In this document: in pieces, positions 27,001-39,530 of the stretch
Layout of the letters: each line of letters opens with the position of its first letter
How positions within the stretch are numbered: the stretch's first letter is position 1
Source of the DNA: Azolla caroliniana
Taxonomy: Eukaryota; Plantae; Polypodiophyta
Assembly: GCA_043228905.1 (NCBI GenBank)
Contig: JBHGNT010000022.1
Location: 4,712,001-4,776,000, forward strand
Length of the DNA stretch: 64,000 nucleotides
Direction of reading: 5' to 3'
The notes under the pieces: model-generated
Database searches by the model: none
What the model was told of the DNA's origin: nothing
What the model saw: the letters and a program-made list of their open reading frames with translations, nothing else
Translations under genes and position numbers: made by a program

Positions 27001-27152
27001 ACATTTCGTGCCCTATACTAAAGAAATCACTAGTGAAGTAACCGCTAGAATTGTTATGCGTGAGGTAGTTTGGCATCATTGTCTTCCCGACTGTATCATC
27101 AGTGACCGTGGACCGCAATTTGTCTATAAATTTTGGATGCATGTCTTCAAAA

Positions 27153-27664
27153 TGTAAAGAATAGCGCGAAATATTGCTCGGCCACAACCGATTCTTGAAT
27201 CACAGAAATGGGAATGAACCATAGAAACGGGAAGTAGAGAGTACACAAAATATTTATGTGGAAAACCCTGATAGGGAAAAACCACAGGAGCCCATGGACT
27301 CCAACTATCAATATATGAGAGGAAATACAAAGTGGAGACACAGAGGCAACGACCTCGTGCTCGCGATCTTTGCTAGACGACGGTTACAACAGAAAGTGCT
27401 CGTAGTTACTATCTTGCTCTCTCTCTATATATATACAATAGTTATCTCTACAACAATATGACAACCCTCTCTGCACATGTCATATACAAAGTGATTGCCC
27501 TAAGTCATATTTCTACTTATATGAACTTAGGGCTATTTCCAAATATAGCCTCTGAAATAGGCTTACTCAAAAGACATACTTGCAAATATGTCTTCTCTTC
27601 TGGTTCTCATCGGGTCCTCTTCATTCATAACTGGATCCCATCCGAAGGGATCGATTTCCCAACA
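27153..27664 (-). repeat. Copia 3' LTR
   Basis: TGTAAAGAATAGCGC...TTCCCAACA, repeated at 31495-32044. Confidence 0.92.
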
Positions 27665-27674
27665 ATCTCCCCCT

Positions 27675-30600
27675 TCACTCTGGCATGGGATGTCTCGTCA
27701 GCCCCATCCGCTTTCGGCACACATCCAGCTTGTCCGTTGTCAACACCTTGGTCAGCATATCGAACCTGTTCTCCTCCGTGTGGAACTTCGTCAGCACAAC
27801 CTCTTGATCTTCTACTCTCTCCCGGATCCAGTGGTACCTCCACTGGATATGTTTCATCCGGGAATGGTAGGTTGTATTCTTTGCAAGGTGGATGGCACTT
27901 TGAGTGTTGCAGTAGAGAAGGTATTCTTCCTGTTGGATCCCTAACTCTCCGATGAACTCCTTCATCATGATTATCTCCTTGTTGGCTTCTACATCTACCA
28001 TGTACTCCGCCTCCATGGTTGACAACGCAACCATCTTTTGTAGCCTCGACTGCCATGAAATAGCTCCTGTGAAACCATCGAGTTGGGGTTTTCCGGAGCC
28101 AAACCGGAGGCACATACTCGAGGTGCCTTTCAGAAACCGGAGTATCCACTTGACTGCGTTCTAGTGCTCTCTTCAAGGATTGCTCATGAACCGGCTCACC
28201 ACTCCGACTACATATCCGATATCTGGTCGGGTACATACCATCGCGTACATCAAGCTCCCGATGGTAGAGGCATGTAGAATCTTCATCATAACCGTCTTCT
28301 CCGCCTTTGTCATCGAGCTTTGTTTTCTGGATAGCTTGCAGTTTTCCAGAAGTGTTGATCCGACCGGTTTCGCCTCCGACATGTTGAGCCGTTGAAGCAC
28401 CTTTGTCACGTACTTCTCCTGTGATAACCACAATAGCTTCTTTGAACGGTCTTGGATGATGTGCATTCCCAATATATGTCTTGCCGGACCCAAGTCTTTC
28501 ATTAAGAAGGTTCAGGTCAGAGCCTTCTTCAGTATCCGAATCTTGCCTTGGTCTCGTCCGACAATCAGCATATCATCTACATATAGGAGTATCAAGAAAT
28601 CTCCTCCATCAAATTTCTTCACAAACACGCAGTGATCGACCTACGTCTTGTGGTACCCTTGGTCGGTCATGAAGGAGTCGAAGTTCTGGTACCATCACCA
28701 GGGAGCTTGCTTCAGTCCGTATAGGCTCTTCTTCAACCGGCACACTAGGTGCTCCTTACCTTTCATCTCAAATCCTTCCAGTTGATGCATGTAGATCTCT
28801 TCTTTGAGGTCACCATGTAGGAATGTTATCTTAACGTCTAGTTGCTCTACCTCGAGGTCCATGCTTGCCGCTATGCCCAATACCATCCGGATGGATGTCA
28901 TCTTTACTACCAGGGCAAAGATCTCATCGAAAAACACTCCTTTCTTCTATTGGAACCCCTTCACCATGATCTGGGATTTGTATCTCGGTGGGTTTCCGGC
29001 ATCTCCTGGTTTCCGCTTGTACACCAACTTGTTCCGGACTGCCCTCTTTCCTTTCGGCAACACCGTCAGTTCATACGTGTGGTTCTCCTATAGGGAATCC
29101 ATCTCATCCTGCATGGCACTCAACCACTTGCGGTTGTGGGTGTCTCTCTTGGCTTCTTCAAAGCTTTCCAGCTCCCCTATCGGTTAGCAATACATGTTCT
29201 GCATTCGGAAATCTCCGAAGGGATCTTCTCTCTTTGAGAGGATATCTTCGTCCTTGGATTTTGACTGCCAGTTCCTCTGTTTGTTCTGAATCCGAATCCG
29301 ATTATGGATCTTGTTTGGTTCCGGTGTCTTCTTCTTCTTCTTCCTGTTCTTCGGTCAGTTCGGTTTCTTGTCCGTATCCTGCCGGTTCGTCGAGTGTCAT
29401 CCAGTTATCGGCTAACATCTGTTTTCAACCGGGTATATCCTTGTGTCCTCAAGCCGGTTTTCATTTGATGATCTGGAGTTCATCACCATCTTGTCCGACT
29501 CCCAGTCGGCAATGGTCCTATCTTCCATGAAGACTATGTCCCGACTCCGGAACACCTTCTTATCGACTAGATCCCACACCCGGTAACCGAACTCATCGTC
29601 ACCGTATCCAAGGAATATGCATGGCCGGGACTTCGGATCCAGTTTTGCTCTCTTGTCCTTCGCGACATGCACGTAAGCGAGACATCCGAACACCTTTAGA
29701 TGCTTGTACGACAAGTCCTTACCAGTTCATACTCTTTGTGGTGTGTCTCCGTCCAAGGGTACTGAGGGTGATCTGTTTATCACATAGGTCGCCGTCGTCA
29801 GCGCCGCAACCCAAAATGTCTTGGGTAGCTTTGCGTGTGCCAGCATGCTTCAGACTCTCTCCATTATGGTCCGGTTCATCCATTCTGCCAGCTCGTTCAG
29901 TTTCAACGTCTTCGGCACGGTAAATTCGAGCCGGATTCCCTTCGACCGACAATACTCCTCGAACTGCCCCCGATATTCTCCTCCATTATCTTCATAAACC
30001 GCCTTCAGCTTCCGGTTAGTTTCTCTTTCCACTCTCGCGTGGAGTTCCTTGAAGACGGATAACACTTGATCCTTCGTCTTCAATGGTGAGACCCATAGTT
30101 TTCAGGTGTGATCATCTATGAATGTCACGAAGTACTGCGCTCCGGCATGTGACTTCATGTCCACTTGACACACATCGGTATGCACCAGCTCCAATGGTGC
30201 ATTCCGTCTCATCGGTGGTCTTGACCGGAAGGAGGTTTGGTTTTGCTTGCTGGCAACGCAATTAGTGCACTTCTCAAGTTGCACGTGCTTCACCGAAATG
30301 AGATTGTCTTCGGCAAGTCTCTTCATCCCCTTTTGGCTCATATGACACAGTCTCTTGTGCCATGGCTCACCGGTAGTGTCAAATGCTATGTTCACTTCTT
30401 CCTCGCATATCCGGGCATTCATCAAGTATAGTGTGTTGACCTTCCGGGCTCGAGCCACTATTAGGATCCCTTTGCTGAATGTCATGACTTCGTTCTGGAT
30501 GCTACCCGTGTAGCCTTCATCATCTAGCCGATCATCTTATATCGGGTTTAGTCGAACCCCCGGAACATGTCAAACATCCTTCAGTAGCAACTTGCATCCG

Positions 30601-31465
30601 GTTGATGTCGTCAACAACACATCTCCTATGTCGACAATTCGACATGTACCTTCATTCCCCACATAGACACAACCATGATGTCCAGTTGTGTAGTGCCAGT
30701 TTCTTTCTCTTTCCGAAAATGCCAACACTTCTTCTGGAAGTGCCCCAACTTCCCATAGTAGAAGCAAGTAGGCCTCCCCCTTGACCTTGACCTCGTCCCT
30801 GATTTGTCCTGGTTTTGGGGACTCCGATACCGACCTCTTCCCCAGTTGTGGTCATCTTCTGTGACCAAGGCCTTCGGATCAGTTCCGGACTCCCAGTCCT
30901 TTCGGCGAGCTTCTTCATCTAGCAAGCTTGACTTGCCTCTTGCTAGGGACAATTGTTTTCCTTTTGGCCCAACGTTACCCAACGTGACAACTAGCGTCTC
31001 CCAACTATCCAGGAGGGAACCGAGCAGGAGTAATGCAAGTACCTCATCGGCAAGAGGCACTTGCAATGAGGTTGCCTGGTGGATCAGTCCTTGGAAGACA
31101 TTCATGTACTCCGCCATACTGGAGCCATCCTGATATCGGAGCCTCACTAGTTTCTAGAATAACGAAACCTGATTAACGACATTCTTGTTCTAGAACATGA
31201 TGTCAATCTTCTCCTAGACTTCATGAGCCTTGATCTCTTCATTGAAGTTGTTGTAAAGGCTCATGTTGATGAAGCACCGGATGTATGCCGTCATCTTAAT
31301 GTGCATCACCTCCCACACTGTGGCGTCGATCTTATCCGGTCTCTTGTCCCCAAACTGAACTGGCAACCAAAGATCTTTAACTGCCAACATATCCCTCATC
31401 TTCGACTTCCACATTGAGTAGTTGGAGCTAGTGAACTTGAACATGCCACCAAACGATTCTTCCAT
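27675..31465 (-). pseudogene. gag-pol: Copia gag-pol polyprotein, disrupted
   Basis: MEESFGGMFKFTSSNYSMWK, SLLDSWETL, WHKRLCHMS, LELVHTDVC, FVTFIDD, LEVEQLDVK, MKDLGPA, KHIQWRYHWIRE. Confidence 0.92.
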
Positions 31466-31494
31466 TTCTTGTGTTGTTTGCTCTGATACCAGAT

Positions 31495-32044
31495 TGTGAA
31501 GAATAGCGCAGAATATTGCTCAACCACAACCGAGTCTTGAATCAAAGAAATGGGAATGAACCATAAAAATGGGAAGTAGAGAGTACAGAGAATATTTACA
31601 TGGAAAACCCTAATAGGGAAAAACCATGGGAGTCCACGGACTCCAACTATCACTATATGAAAGGAAATACAAAGTGGAGACACAAAGGCTAAGACCTCGT
31701 GCTCGCGATCTTCGCCAGACGGCAGTTACAATAGAAAGTGCTCGTAGCTACTATCTTGCTCTCTCTCTCTATATATATAGAACAATTATCTCTACAACAA
31801 TATGACAACCCTCTCTACACATGTCATATACAAAGTGATTGCCCTAAGTCATATTTATACTTATATAAACTTAGGGCTATTTCCGAATACAACCTCAATA
31901 GGCTTACTCAAAAGACATACTTACAAATACGTCTTCTCTTCCGGTTCTCACCGGGTCTCCTCCAGTTTCTGGATCTCTTCCGGTTCTAACCAGGTCCTCT
32001 TCATTCATAACCGGATCCCATCCAGAGGGACCGATTTCCCAACA
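31495..32044 (-). repeat. Copia 5' LTR
   Basis: Direct repeat of 27153-27664, adjacent to the iMet PBS. Confidence 0.92.
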
Positions 32045-32574
32045 TAAAATGCTTAGGGTCACCTGCAATCTCTCCTCCGGCTATCATCCCCAAACAGATG
32101 GACAAGCAAAACGCATCAACCAAACACTAAACAATATCTTCGGTGTCTCCTAAGCAATCAACAAGATGATTGGGCAGATATTTTACAGTTTTGCTAAATT
32201 TTCTTATAATATTTCTATCCACTCCTCTCTACTAGGGTTACACCATTCTACGCTTATATCAGCTATCATCCTCGTTGGTGTGTGTTAGAAACTTCTGAGT
32301 TACCTACAAATCCTGCTGTAGAGGATCATTTGGAGCGGTTACGACAAATTCAAGCAAAAATATCTACCCACCTACGTCTCACCCAACAAACATAGAAGGA
32401 CTATGCGGATCATCATCAACTTCCATCTTCTTTTAATATTGGAGATTGAGTATGGCTATTATGACGGTACATCAAGACTAGTCAACTGTGTGACAAACTA
32501 GATTATCGACGGTTAGGCCTTTTCCGTATTAATGGAAAAATTAATGATGTTACTTTTCGCTTTGATCTACCTCC

Positions 32575-32606
32575 AACACCGGGTCATTTGAAACAGGTAA
32601 TATGTC
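32575..32606 (+). repeat. Left terminal inverted repeat
   Basis: AACACCGGGTCATTTGAAACAGGTAATATGTC is the exact reverse complement of 39531-39562. Confidence 0.97.
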
Positions 32607-33566
32607 GTATTCTCTTTTGGCATAATTGGCCAGATGTAGAAAAGTACCCTATTTTAGCCTGATATCGAAAATATACGATGCATGCGTACCCCTTTTGCGA
32701 CTTGATGGTTAAATATAGAACAAAAAAAACCTAGCAATTACTAAATTGTATGTGTCCACATTCGTGTCAATTTGCATATCATGGAGCACAATTGAAGACT
32801 TGGTTCAATATAAAGTTCTAAAATTGGTATCCATATTCAAATTGTAGAGTAAAACTACATAAACCGTAATTATAAATATGTGGTTTTGGGTTTAGGAATA
32901 AAGTAGTACCCCACTTGTTGGACGGGTATATCGATTGTTTCATTGTATAATGTCATATAGTTCATGACAATGTAATTGGTAAGAGTAACAATTACGTACG
33001 ACATTCATTTATACTATGTGGAACCAATAGACTTGAACCGTAGGTAACTAAAAACCTCTTATTATAAAAAACATTCGCCTTTTCATATACAGTCATGCTA
33101 ACGGAAATGAGAAATTACAATATCATGTTAATATCTCAAACTGAAGAAGAACATGGTGACCAATTATATGTAAATACAAACTACGGTTCCAATAATGATT
33201 AAAAAGGGAAATTATGAACAGGTGAATTTAATTAAACGATAAACAATTACAGATGTTCTCATATACAAATATAATATGAAGTGATGGTGAACATTATGCC
33301 TCAAAATCCTCAATTTTTACATTACGCCATCTACATCAATCTATAAGCAAATCAGGCAAAGCAGGCTCCTCTAGCGCTGATTGTTCTAGACTGTTTTCAT
33401 TCGTGTCATCTCCAAGCTCTCCCGAATCTGATGTATGGTCAAACTGTGCTACATCTTCCAGGTCTACCAGCTCCCCTGCTTCTTCATCAATTGGTTCCAT
33501 TGGTTCTCGTGAAGTCATCTGGAACATCTCTGTCTCGTTGATGTGTTTTGCTCCGACTTCTTGATC

Positions 33567-36475
33567 CTAATCTGGACAGTCCCAGATTCCTGTGATCCTC
33601 ATTTTGATGAAGTTAACCTGAGCAGGGTCCTTCTCCAATGCAACACAGTTTCTAAACATCTTCAATGCACAAGCTGTCGTTGTACCTAATGGTCGCATGA
33701 ACACAAACAAGTATATATAAGAAGTAACGTCTTAAACTTGATCGACAGGATTGAAATTAAATATATATATTATACCTGTGCCAGAGAACAAGTCTAGGAC
33801 CCAATCATCTAGATTCGAGAAGAGCTCTATGAGGCGGTTGATCAATCTTTGAGGTTTTTGATAAGGGTTCACCATACTTTTATCCCCTGACACATGTCTT
33901 AATTTTTTGGTTACAGCTGGGCACATGATGTAGTTAACCACGTTACGCTCATTGACATGTGCTCTAGCCTTCTTCTTTGTAATTGAATCATAGTAGCCCA
34001 CACAAAAATGTTCGACCGCACTAACCATTCGATCGCCAGGGCTACGTGTAATATTTGTTTTGATCCTATAGAGAAAGAAAATCAAGTATTAGAGGTGTAA
34101 ATGTGTACATATAATAAGAAGTATTGTAATGAGTAAAAGCGAACTATAACGCACCAATGCATGTGTTCAGTGGCATGACAATGGGACTTCAAAGCTGTTG
34201 TGATTGACAGTGATTGCCCCATGCTATGAAATATGACTATCCTCCACAAGGGGGCCAATGTCAGTTCTGCGAAATCCTTTACCATTTTCTCGATCTGAGG
34301 GTACTTGAAAGGCACATCATCATATGTTGATCCCGCAATACGGAAACCATATGGTATGTCAGCTATCAGCAAAGTGTAGTGCCTTCTCGGTAACAGTTCG
34401 AGCATCTGGGATACTTCGCCATTGAAAACACTATAATGAAGCTGTTTGAAAGGATCAGACCTATGAAAAAAACTCTTTACAGTCTCCGAATCCTCGGGCA
34501 GTTCCATTTCCTTCCCTTTGGTCATTCTCTTCTCATATTTCGCACGTTCTAAGTGCGTGATGAAGGCCGCTGGAATACCGTCATTATTGTCGTTGTTCTT
34601 TTTCGATTTTGATGGTTTCTGCAAGTGTCATTGTTGTTAGTAGGGAACATTACTTTCTAACATATCAACATTCAAAAGACACATACCCATTCTCTAAATA
34701 CAATAAAATATTCCTCCAATGCCTTGTAGGAAGAAGTTATCGGGCAGGCTTGTTCAACTTCTTCCCATGTCGGTAAACTCAGTTTTTGCATCATCAACTC
34801 CTGAATCTTCATGTATACCTTGGGATTGCACAATCAATATGAAATTAGAAATAAGATATTCAAAATAATTGAAGACTTTCATGAAAAGGTATACTATAAA
34901 CACTTACTTTTGCAAGTCTGTTACCATCTCGTCCAAACTAAATTCCTTGGCGACCACTCGAGATAACACGGATATTAACAATCTATCATCTTTGATACTT
35001 TGTAATGATCTCCAAGGTAAAAGTTTCATGTCCTCTGCTAACTCCTCGATTACCAAGTCGCTTTTTCCCTTGGTCTTTGATTTCATCTCAACTTGTGGAT
35101 CAATTCTTCCCTTTTTTGATCTTTGCCCCTTGACTTCTTTCCGCTCCAACATAGAGAATATTTTGTCTTGGAGATCCCACACCTCTCCGGTCCGAAAAGC
35201 TAGTTGAAACCAAGAATCATATTTTCGGAGACCTTCGGATTTGGTACTCTCATCCACTGCAATCCCTACTTCCAATAAACAATGGCGTCGCAATCCAGGC
35301 CACAATCTTGGACCAAAACGATTCAAGGCATCCAGGTATTCATGATGAAAAAATCTTATCCTCTCTATACATGACATCTTTTGCCTATAATCGTTGTCAT
35401 TGTTATGGTCCCATGCGAGCAGCTTTGCCTCCTCGTGAGTTAGTCCTGCATATACCTTACATTCGGCGTACTTGAAGAACGGCGTGAGAGGATATTCTTT
35501 GACAAGCTGTCGTCGAGCTTCGGCCGAATGTGATCCTCCGATTACATAGTATGTGTAATCGTCTGCAGAGCTATACTTGAAATCTGCTACTGTTGGGCAT
35601 TGTTCTTGATCAACTATTACCAAAAATGGCACCACAGTAGCGTGAGGATTGATTTTCATTTTCCTTTTTAGGTTTTGCACATGGACGGAGTGCGGCTCCC
35701 TAATTTCCAAGGGACGTCTTCCAGTCACGGGGTCAATGGGGGGCCTTTGGACAGAAGTAATGGGCAAATGAAATAGCTGGCCCCTGCGCACAAGTTTATT
35801 CTTCACAATATTTTCTCTTATTTTATTTTGTTCTTACGTCAGGACACCAGAAGATAGTTGTCCGCCTGGAGCCACGACATCGACTTGTTGGTCGTCTTCT
35901 TCTTCCACGAACTCTAATATTTCTTCTTCTTCTTCTTCTTTGGGTCGTGGTCGTTTAGTATATTTCTTTTGAATAGGATTTGTCTTCCTAGACTTTTTCG
36001 GTGGAGTTTCTTCTTCACCGGTCATCATCTCTCCTGTCACGTACGGCCGAAGAGCTACCAACAAGTTATTTTTCATTTGCAGGTCTTTACGCAAAGCCTT
36101 GGGATTGCAAGATTCGGGTACTAGGTTTCCCTCATCAAGTCGCAATCGCCTGTTGCCAACTGAGCTCGAGACGTCGATTAAAATACTTGTAGAGTCAATG
36201 TCTTCGTACTCTAGCTTGGTTACATGCCCGTAATTAAATGTTTTTCCAAGCTGAAGTTTCCCTTCCCCGTCCGATTTTGCCGTTCTCAATAACAGCACCC
36301 CATCCTCCTCGACATAAGAGAGACACCATTCAAGTTCGGGGTAATCCTTATATTTCACCTTAACCGTTTTCTCCTCTTGCGTACTACCTTTGTTGATTTT
36401 GGTAGTAGCCACAGATGACTTGGATCCTCCTTCCCCCGTTGAGTCAAATAAAATCTTTTTACTCGTGTCCTTCAT
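33567..36475 (-). CDS. Multi-exon ParB-like domain + beta-class N4-C/N6-A DNA methyltransferase (about 833 aa predicted)
   Basis: Predicted exons 36475-35838, 35783-34925, 34818-34687, 34618-34155, 34065-33776 and 33685-33567, all joined by phase-compatible GT-AG introns. Motif IV LLIADIPY, then HWIK and E, then NPYQKPQRLINRLIELFS and motif I VLDLFSGTGTT...RNCVALEKD. ParB/Srx-like YYVIGGSHSAEA in exon 2. The start codon and intron 2 are the least certain parts. Confidence 0.85.
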
Positions 36476-36694
36476 GAAGGAGCCAAAATCTCGTTTTGTC
36501 GGAGATCGAATCTTCAATCTAAATGAAGGAACTTTTTGTCTGGGTTCACTGAAATTAAAAACGTTGGTGAAAACATAGAAACAACGTACAATTCATTCTA
36601 AATCACGCAAATTATCATTTAAATTACGTCAATTTTATGGTCCCATGCGATAGTTTTTTATCGCAAAAACAACATTTTTTTCAACCAAAATCCG

Positions 36695-39235
36695 ATGCAG
36701 TGCATCGGATTTCAGTTGAAAGGTCCTATTGATGGCCCTCTTCATGCAAGCTTACAAGCGGACGATTCTTCGTCGATAGATAACAATAGCATTACTAAAC
36801 CTCTAGCATTTAAAAGAGTTCCTCGACAAGTTAGTGAAAAGAGATTTAATTTCTTATGTTCTGATCGTCAACTTCTATGCGACTTGAACAAATCGTGTTG
36901 TGCGAATCTCTGTCTATCAACTTATGGAAAGTCAAGGTTACGTGAAACACGACAAAAATACTTGTTGCTTAATGGGGAAGGGCAAGATACATTTCTTCTT
37001 TCGCATATGCAACTTAAATTGGATCACAAAGTAGGGCCTAATTCAACGCAAGTTGAATATTTCCTTGGACTAAATACCAAGTGTTGTCGAGCAGCTTTTA
37101 AAATCACTCATAGCATTGGAAATATGCGGCTGCAACGAGTTCAAGAGCGACTTCTGAAGGGCTCCTGGGTACAGTTCGATCAAAATGGTTCTGGATGTAA
37201 GGGTCAAATTGGGCAACAGGCAATTAGGTGGATGGAGGTATATTTTTCAAAACAGTGCGAAGTTATGCCAACGACAGGAAGACTTCATTTGTCAGATAAC
37301 TTTACTCAAAGGGAAGTTTACCAATCGTACAAGGACGACATGTCTTCCGATGTTGAGCCTTACATACAGTACAGGCATTTTAATCGACTATGGAGGTTAC
37401 AATTTAATAACGTGGTTATCCCACAAAAGGTGCGAATGGGAGTCTGCTCAATATGTGCGAGTTTAAAAAGTATGGCCAAGGGTGGAAAATCAGATGTAGA
37501 GATCAAGAATTACAAGAACCTGTTAAAAGAACATCGTGAAAGTCAGGCATTGGAACGTACTAAGGCTATGCATCACCGACAAAAAGCGTTTCAATCTCCC
37601 GAAAAGTATATGTGCATGATTATTGACGGCATGGATCAAAAGAAAACTTGTTTGCCGCATTTTCAAAGACTCCCCAAGGATATTGGAGATGAGTGTCTCG
37701 TGCAAATGCATCTAGTGGGTTGTTTGACATATTGTCAAACTATAAGACCGCAAGTGTTCTTAACTTATCCCAATATCCACAACGACCCTAATCTTACTGT
37801 CACTGTCATGCACAGGGTATTGCAATCATGGTCAGGTATACTCCCGCCAGTTCTATATGTGCAACTAGACAACACAGCAAGAGAGAATAAGAACTCAACT
37901 CTATTAGGCTATCTAAGCATGCTAGTAGAGAGGGGCATATTTAAAAAGATAAAGGTTAACTTCTTGTTGGTTGGTCATACCCATGATCACATAGATCAAA
38001 TGTTCAGTAGGTTCTCAAAGAAACTTGCTCGCTGTAATGCTTTCACACTTCCCACGCTATCCAAATTGATTTGTGAAGCATATACACCAAAGCCTGAAGT
38101 ACAACACTTGGAAGAAGTATACGACTTTAAACGTTTATGCATGGATAGTGACGGGACTAAAGGTAGGGTGCGTGCACCTCTTAATAATATAAGTTTCAAC
38201 CATGTCTTCCTCATAAAACAAAGATCGGCCCACCTCAAGATGACGGTGTTGTTTGCGAAACAATACTCATCTAGTGCACAATGGGAGCCCCAAGAAGGTT
38301 GTAGGCTCCTTCTTCATATCCCAGATGAACCTCTACATGGTGCACAACAAATGCCATATGATGATCGTAAAAATGTAGCACCAAATAGTACTATTGATGA
38401 ACAAAGGGCATATTGGTTGAGATGTCTAGCAGAGAAACAAAATAATATTGATCGGACTAAGAAGTATGCCGGTGATGAGGATGTTGAATGGTGGGAGATT
38501 TTCTTCACCCATCAACGCACCATTTTAGATAATTACATCGCCGGTTTATGGCCAATCCGTATCCCATTCACATGGAACATTGGGATGACATCAACGATAT
38601 CGCAGACTCATCACCAACAATCGAATAATATGGAGCTTCATGATTTAGTTCGGCCACTGCAAAGAGATATTTATGTGGGACCAAGAAAGTCACGTACTGT
38701 TGAGGCAAGATGGCAAGGTAATTTGCAAGAACTACAAGTGGGAATGTTGGTTGCAACATTAGCAGGGGACGATACCTTGGGCCATCCATTTTGGATTGCA
38801 AAAATTATGGAATTAGTAAGGGATGAAGAAAGTAGTCAGACAAAGTCAATAGTAGTCCACTGGTATCAGACAAATTCAACTGATGCATTTACAGGAAAGT
38901 ATTCTTTAGAGATGGTTAAGGATGTCGGATGTTCAAGCAAAAAGAGAAGAAGAAAGAATATACCGAGCACGGCTACTCTCGCACTAGACCGTGTTGACAT
39001 ACTAGTATATGACTTCTCATTGACAAAATCAGGTCATCTAAGACAAGCAACTATCAAGATAATAAAGGAGAAAATCCCAAACATGGTGTCAAACGAAATA
39101 CAGAGAATAACCAGAAGCAATTCTCATAACCACAAAGATGTTGGGTTGGAATTGGATGAGGATAATGCTTTGATTGCCACTGATGATGAGGATGAGACGT
39201 TAGAATGCTCTTCTAGTCCATCAGACATGCCTTAA
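36695..39235 (+). CDS. Intact 846-aa DDD-type transposase (Sola-like/DUF7869) with Cys-rich N-terminus and BAH-like C-terminus
   Basis: Uninterrupted ORF between TIRs; motifs IIDGMDQ, YVQLDNTARENKN and FLLVGHTHDHIDQMFS; Cys clusters CCANLC, CCRAAF, CSIC; C-terminal VGMLV...PFWIAKI...IVVHWY. Confidence 0.88.
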   Translation: MQCIGFQLKGPIDGPLHASLQADDSSSIDNNSITKPLAFKRVPRQVSEKRFNFLCSDRQLLCDLNKSCCANLCLSTYGKSRLRETRQKYLLLNGEGQDTFLLSHMQLKLDHKVGPNSTQVEYFLGLNTKCCRAAFKITHSIGNMRLQRVQERLLKGSWVQFDQNGSGCKGQIGQQAIRWMEVYFSKQCEVMPTTGRLHLSDNFTQREVYQSYKDDMSSDVEPYIQYRHFNRLWRLQFNNVVIPQKVRMGVCSICASLKSMAKGGKSDVEIKNYKNLLKEHRESQALERTKAMHHRQKAFQSPEKYMCMIIDGMDQKKTCLPHFQRLPKDIGDECLVQMHLVGCLTYCQTIRPQVFLTYPNIHNDPNLTVTVMHRVLQSWSGILPPVLYVQLDNTARENKNSTLLGYLSMLVERGIFKKIKVNFLLVGHTHDHIDQMFSRFSKKLARCNAFTLPTLSKLICEAYTPKPEVQHLEEVYDFKRLCMDSDGTKGRVRAPLNNISFNHVFLIKQRSAHLKMTVLFAKQYSSSAQWEPQEGCRLLLHIPDEPLHGAQQMPYDDRKNVAPNSTIDEQRAYWLRCLAEKQNNIDRTKKYAGDEDVEWWEIFFTHQRTILDNYIAGLWPIRIPFTWNIGMTSTISQTHHQQSNNMELHDLVRPLQRDIYVGPRKSRTVEARWQGNLQELQVGMLVATLAGDDTLGHPFWIAKIMELVRDEESSQTKSIVVHWYQTNSTDAFTGKYSLEMVKDVGCSSKKRRRKNIPSTATLALDRVDILVYDFSLTKSGHLRQATIKIIKEKIPNMVSNEIQRITRSNSHNHKDVGLELDEDNALIATDDEDETLECSSSPSDMP

Positions 39236-39530
39236 TATATTGGTTTGGTTCAAGCTGGGGATTGTTTTACTACATGATCGGAAACTTTGTAAATTTGTTT
39301 TGGATGTAAACTCACGAATATGTATAATTGTAACTGGTAGACATGTTGTACATTATTTTGTAATTTTGGTGATGTATTTTTGGAGGCATTTTACTTATGA
39401 CTCAAAGTGGTAGTCATGTTGAAATTCAATATATTTTGCCACCTTTTCTGAAAAGCTTTACGCATGCATCATGTCTTTTTGAAAACTGCGTGCTTTTGTG
39501 CCCTTTTTCGACGTAGTGTTCTCATAATGT

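Larger units (their letters stand above)
27153..32044 (-). mobile_element. Near full-length Ty1/Copia element inserted in the chromovirus integrase
   Basis: LTRs 27153-27664 and 31495-32044; PBS TGGTATCAGAGC (tRNA-iMet) at 31480-31491; PPT GGGGGAGAT; order gag-INT-RT-RH; TSD CAAAA/TAAAA (one C>T); host reads HVFK|MLRVT across the insertion. Confidence 0.95.

Noticed and set aside
27625-28431. 268-aa ORF as an independent gene
   Set aside because: Alternative-frame overlap of Copia RT/RNase H; most short antisense ORFs in the track are likewise shadows of TE coding regions.
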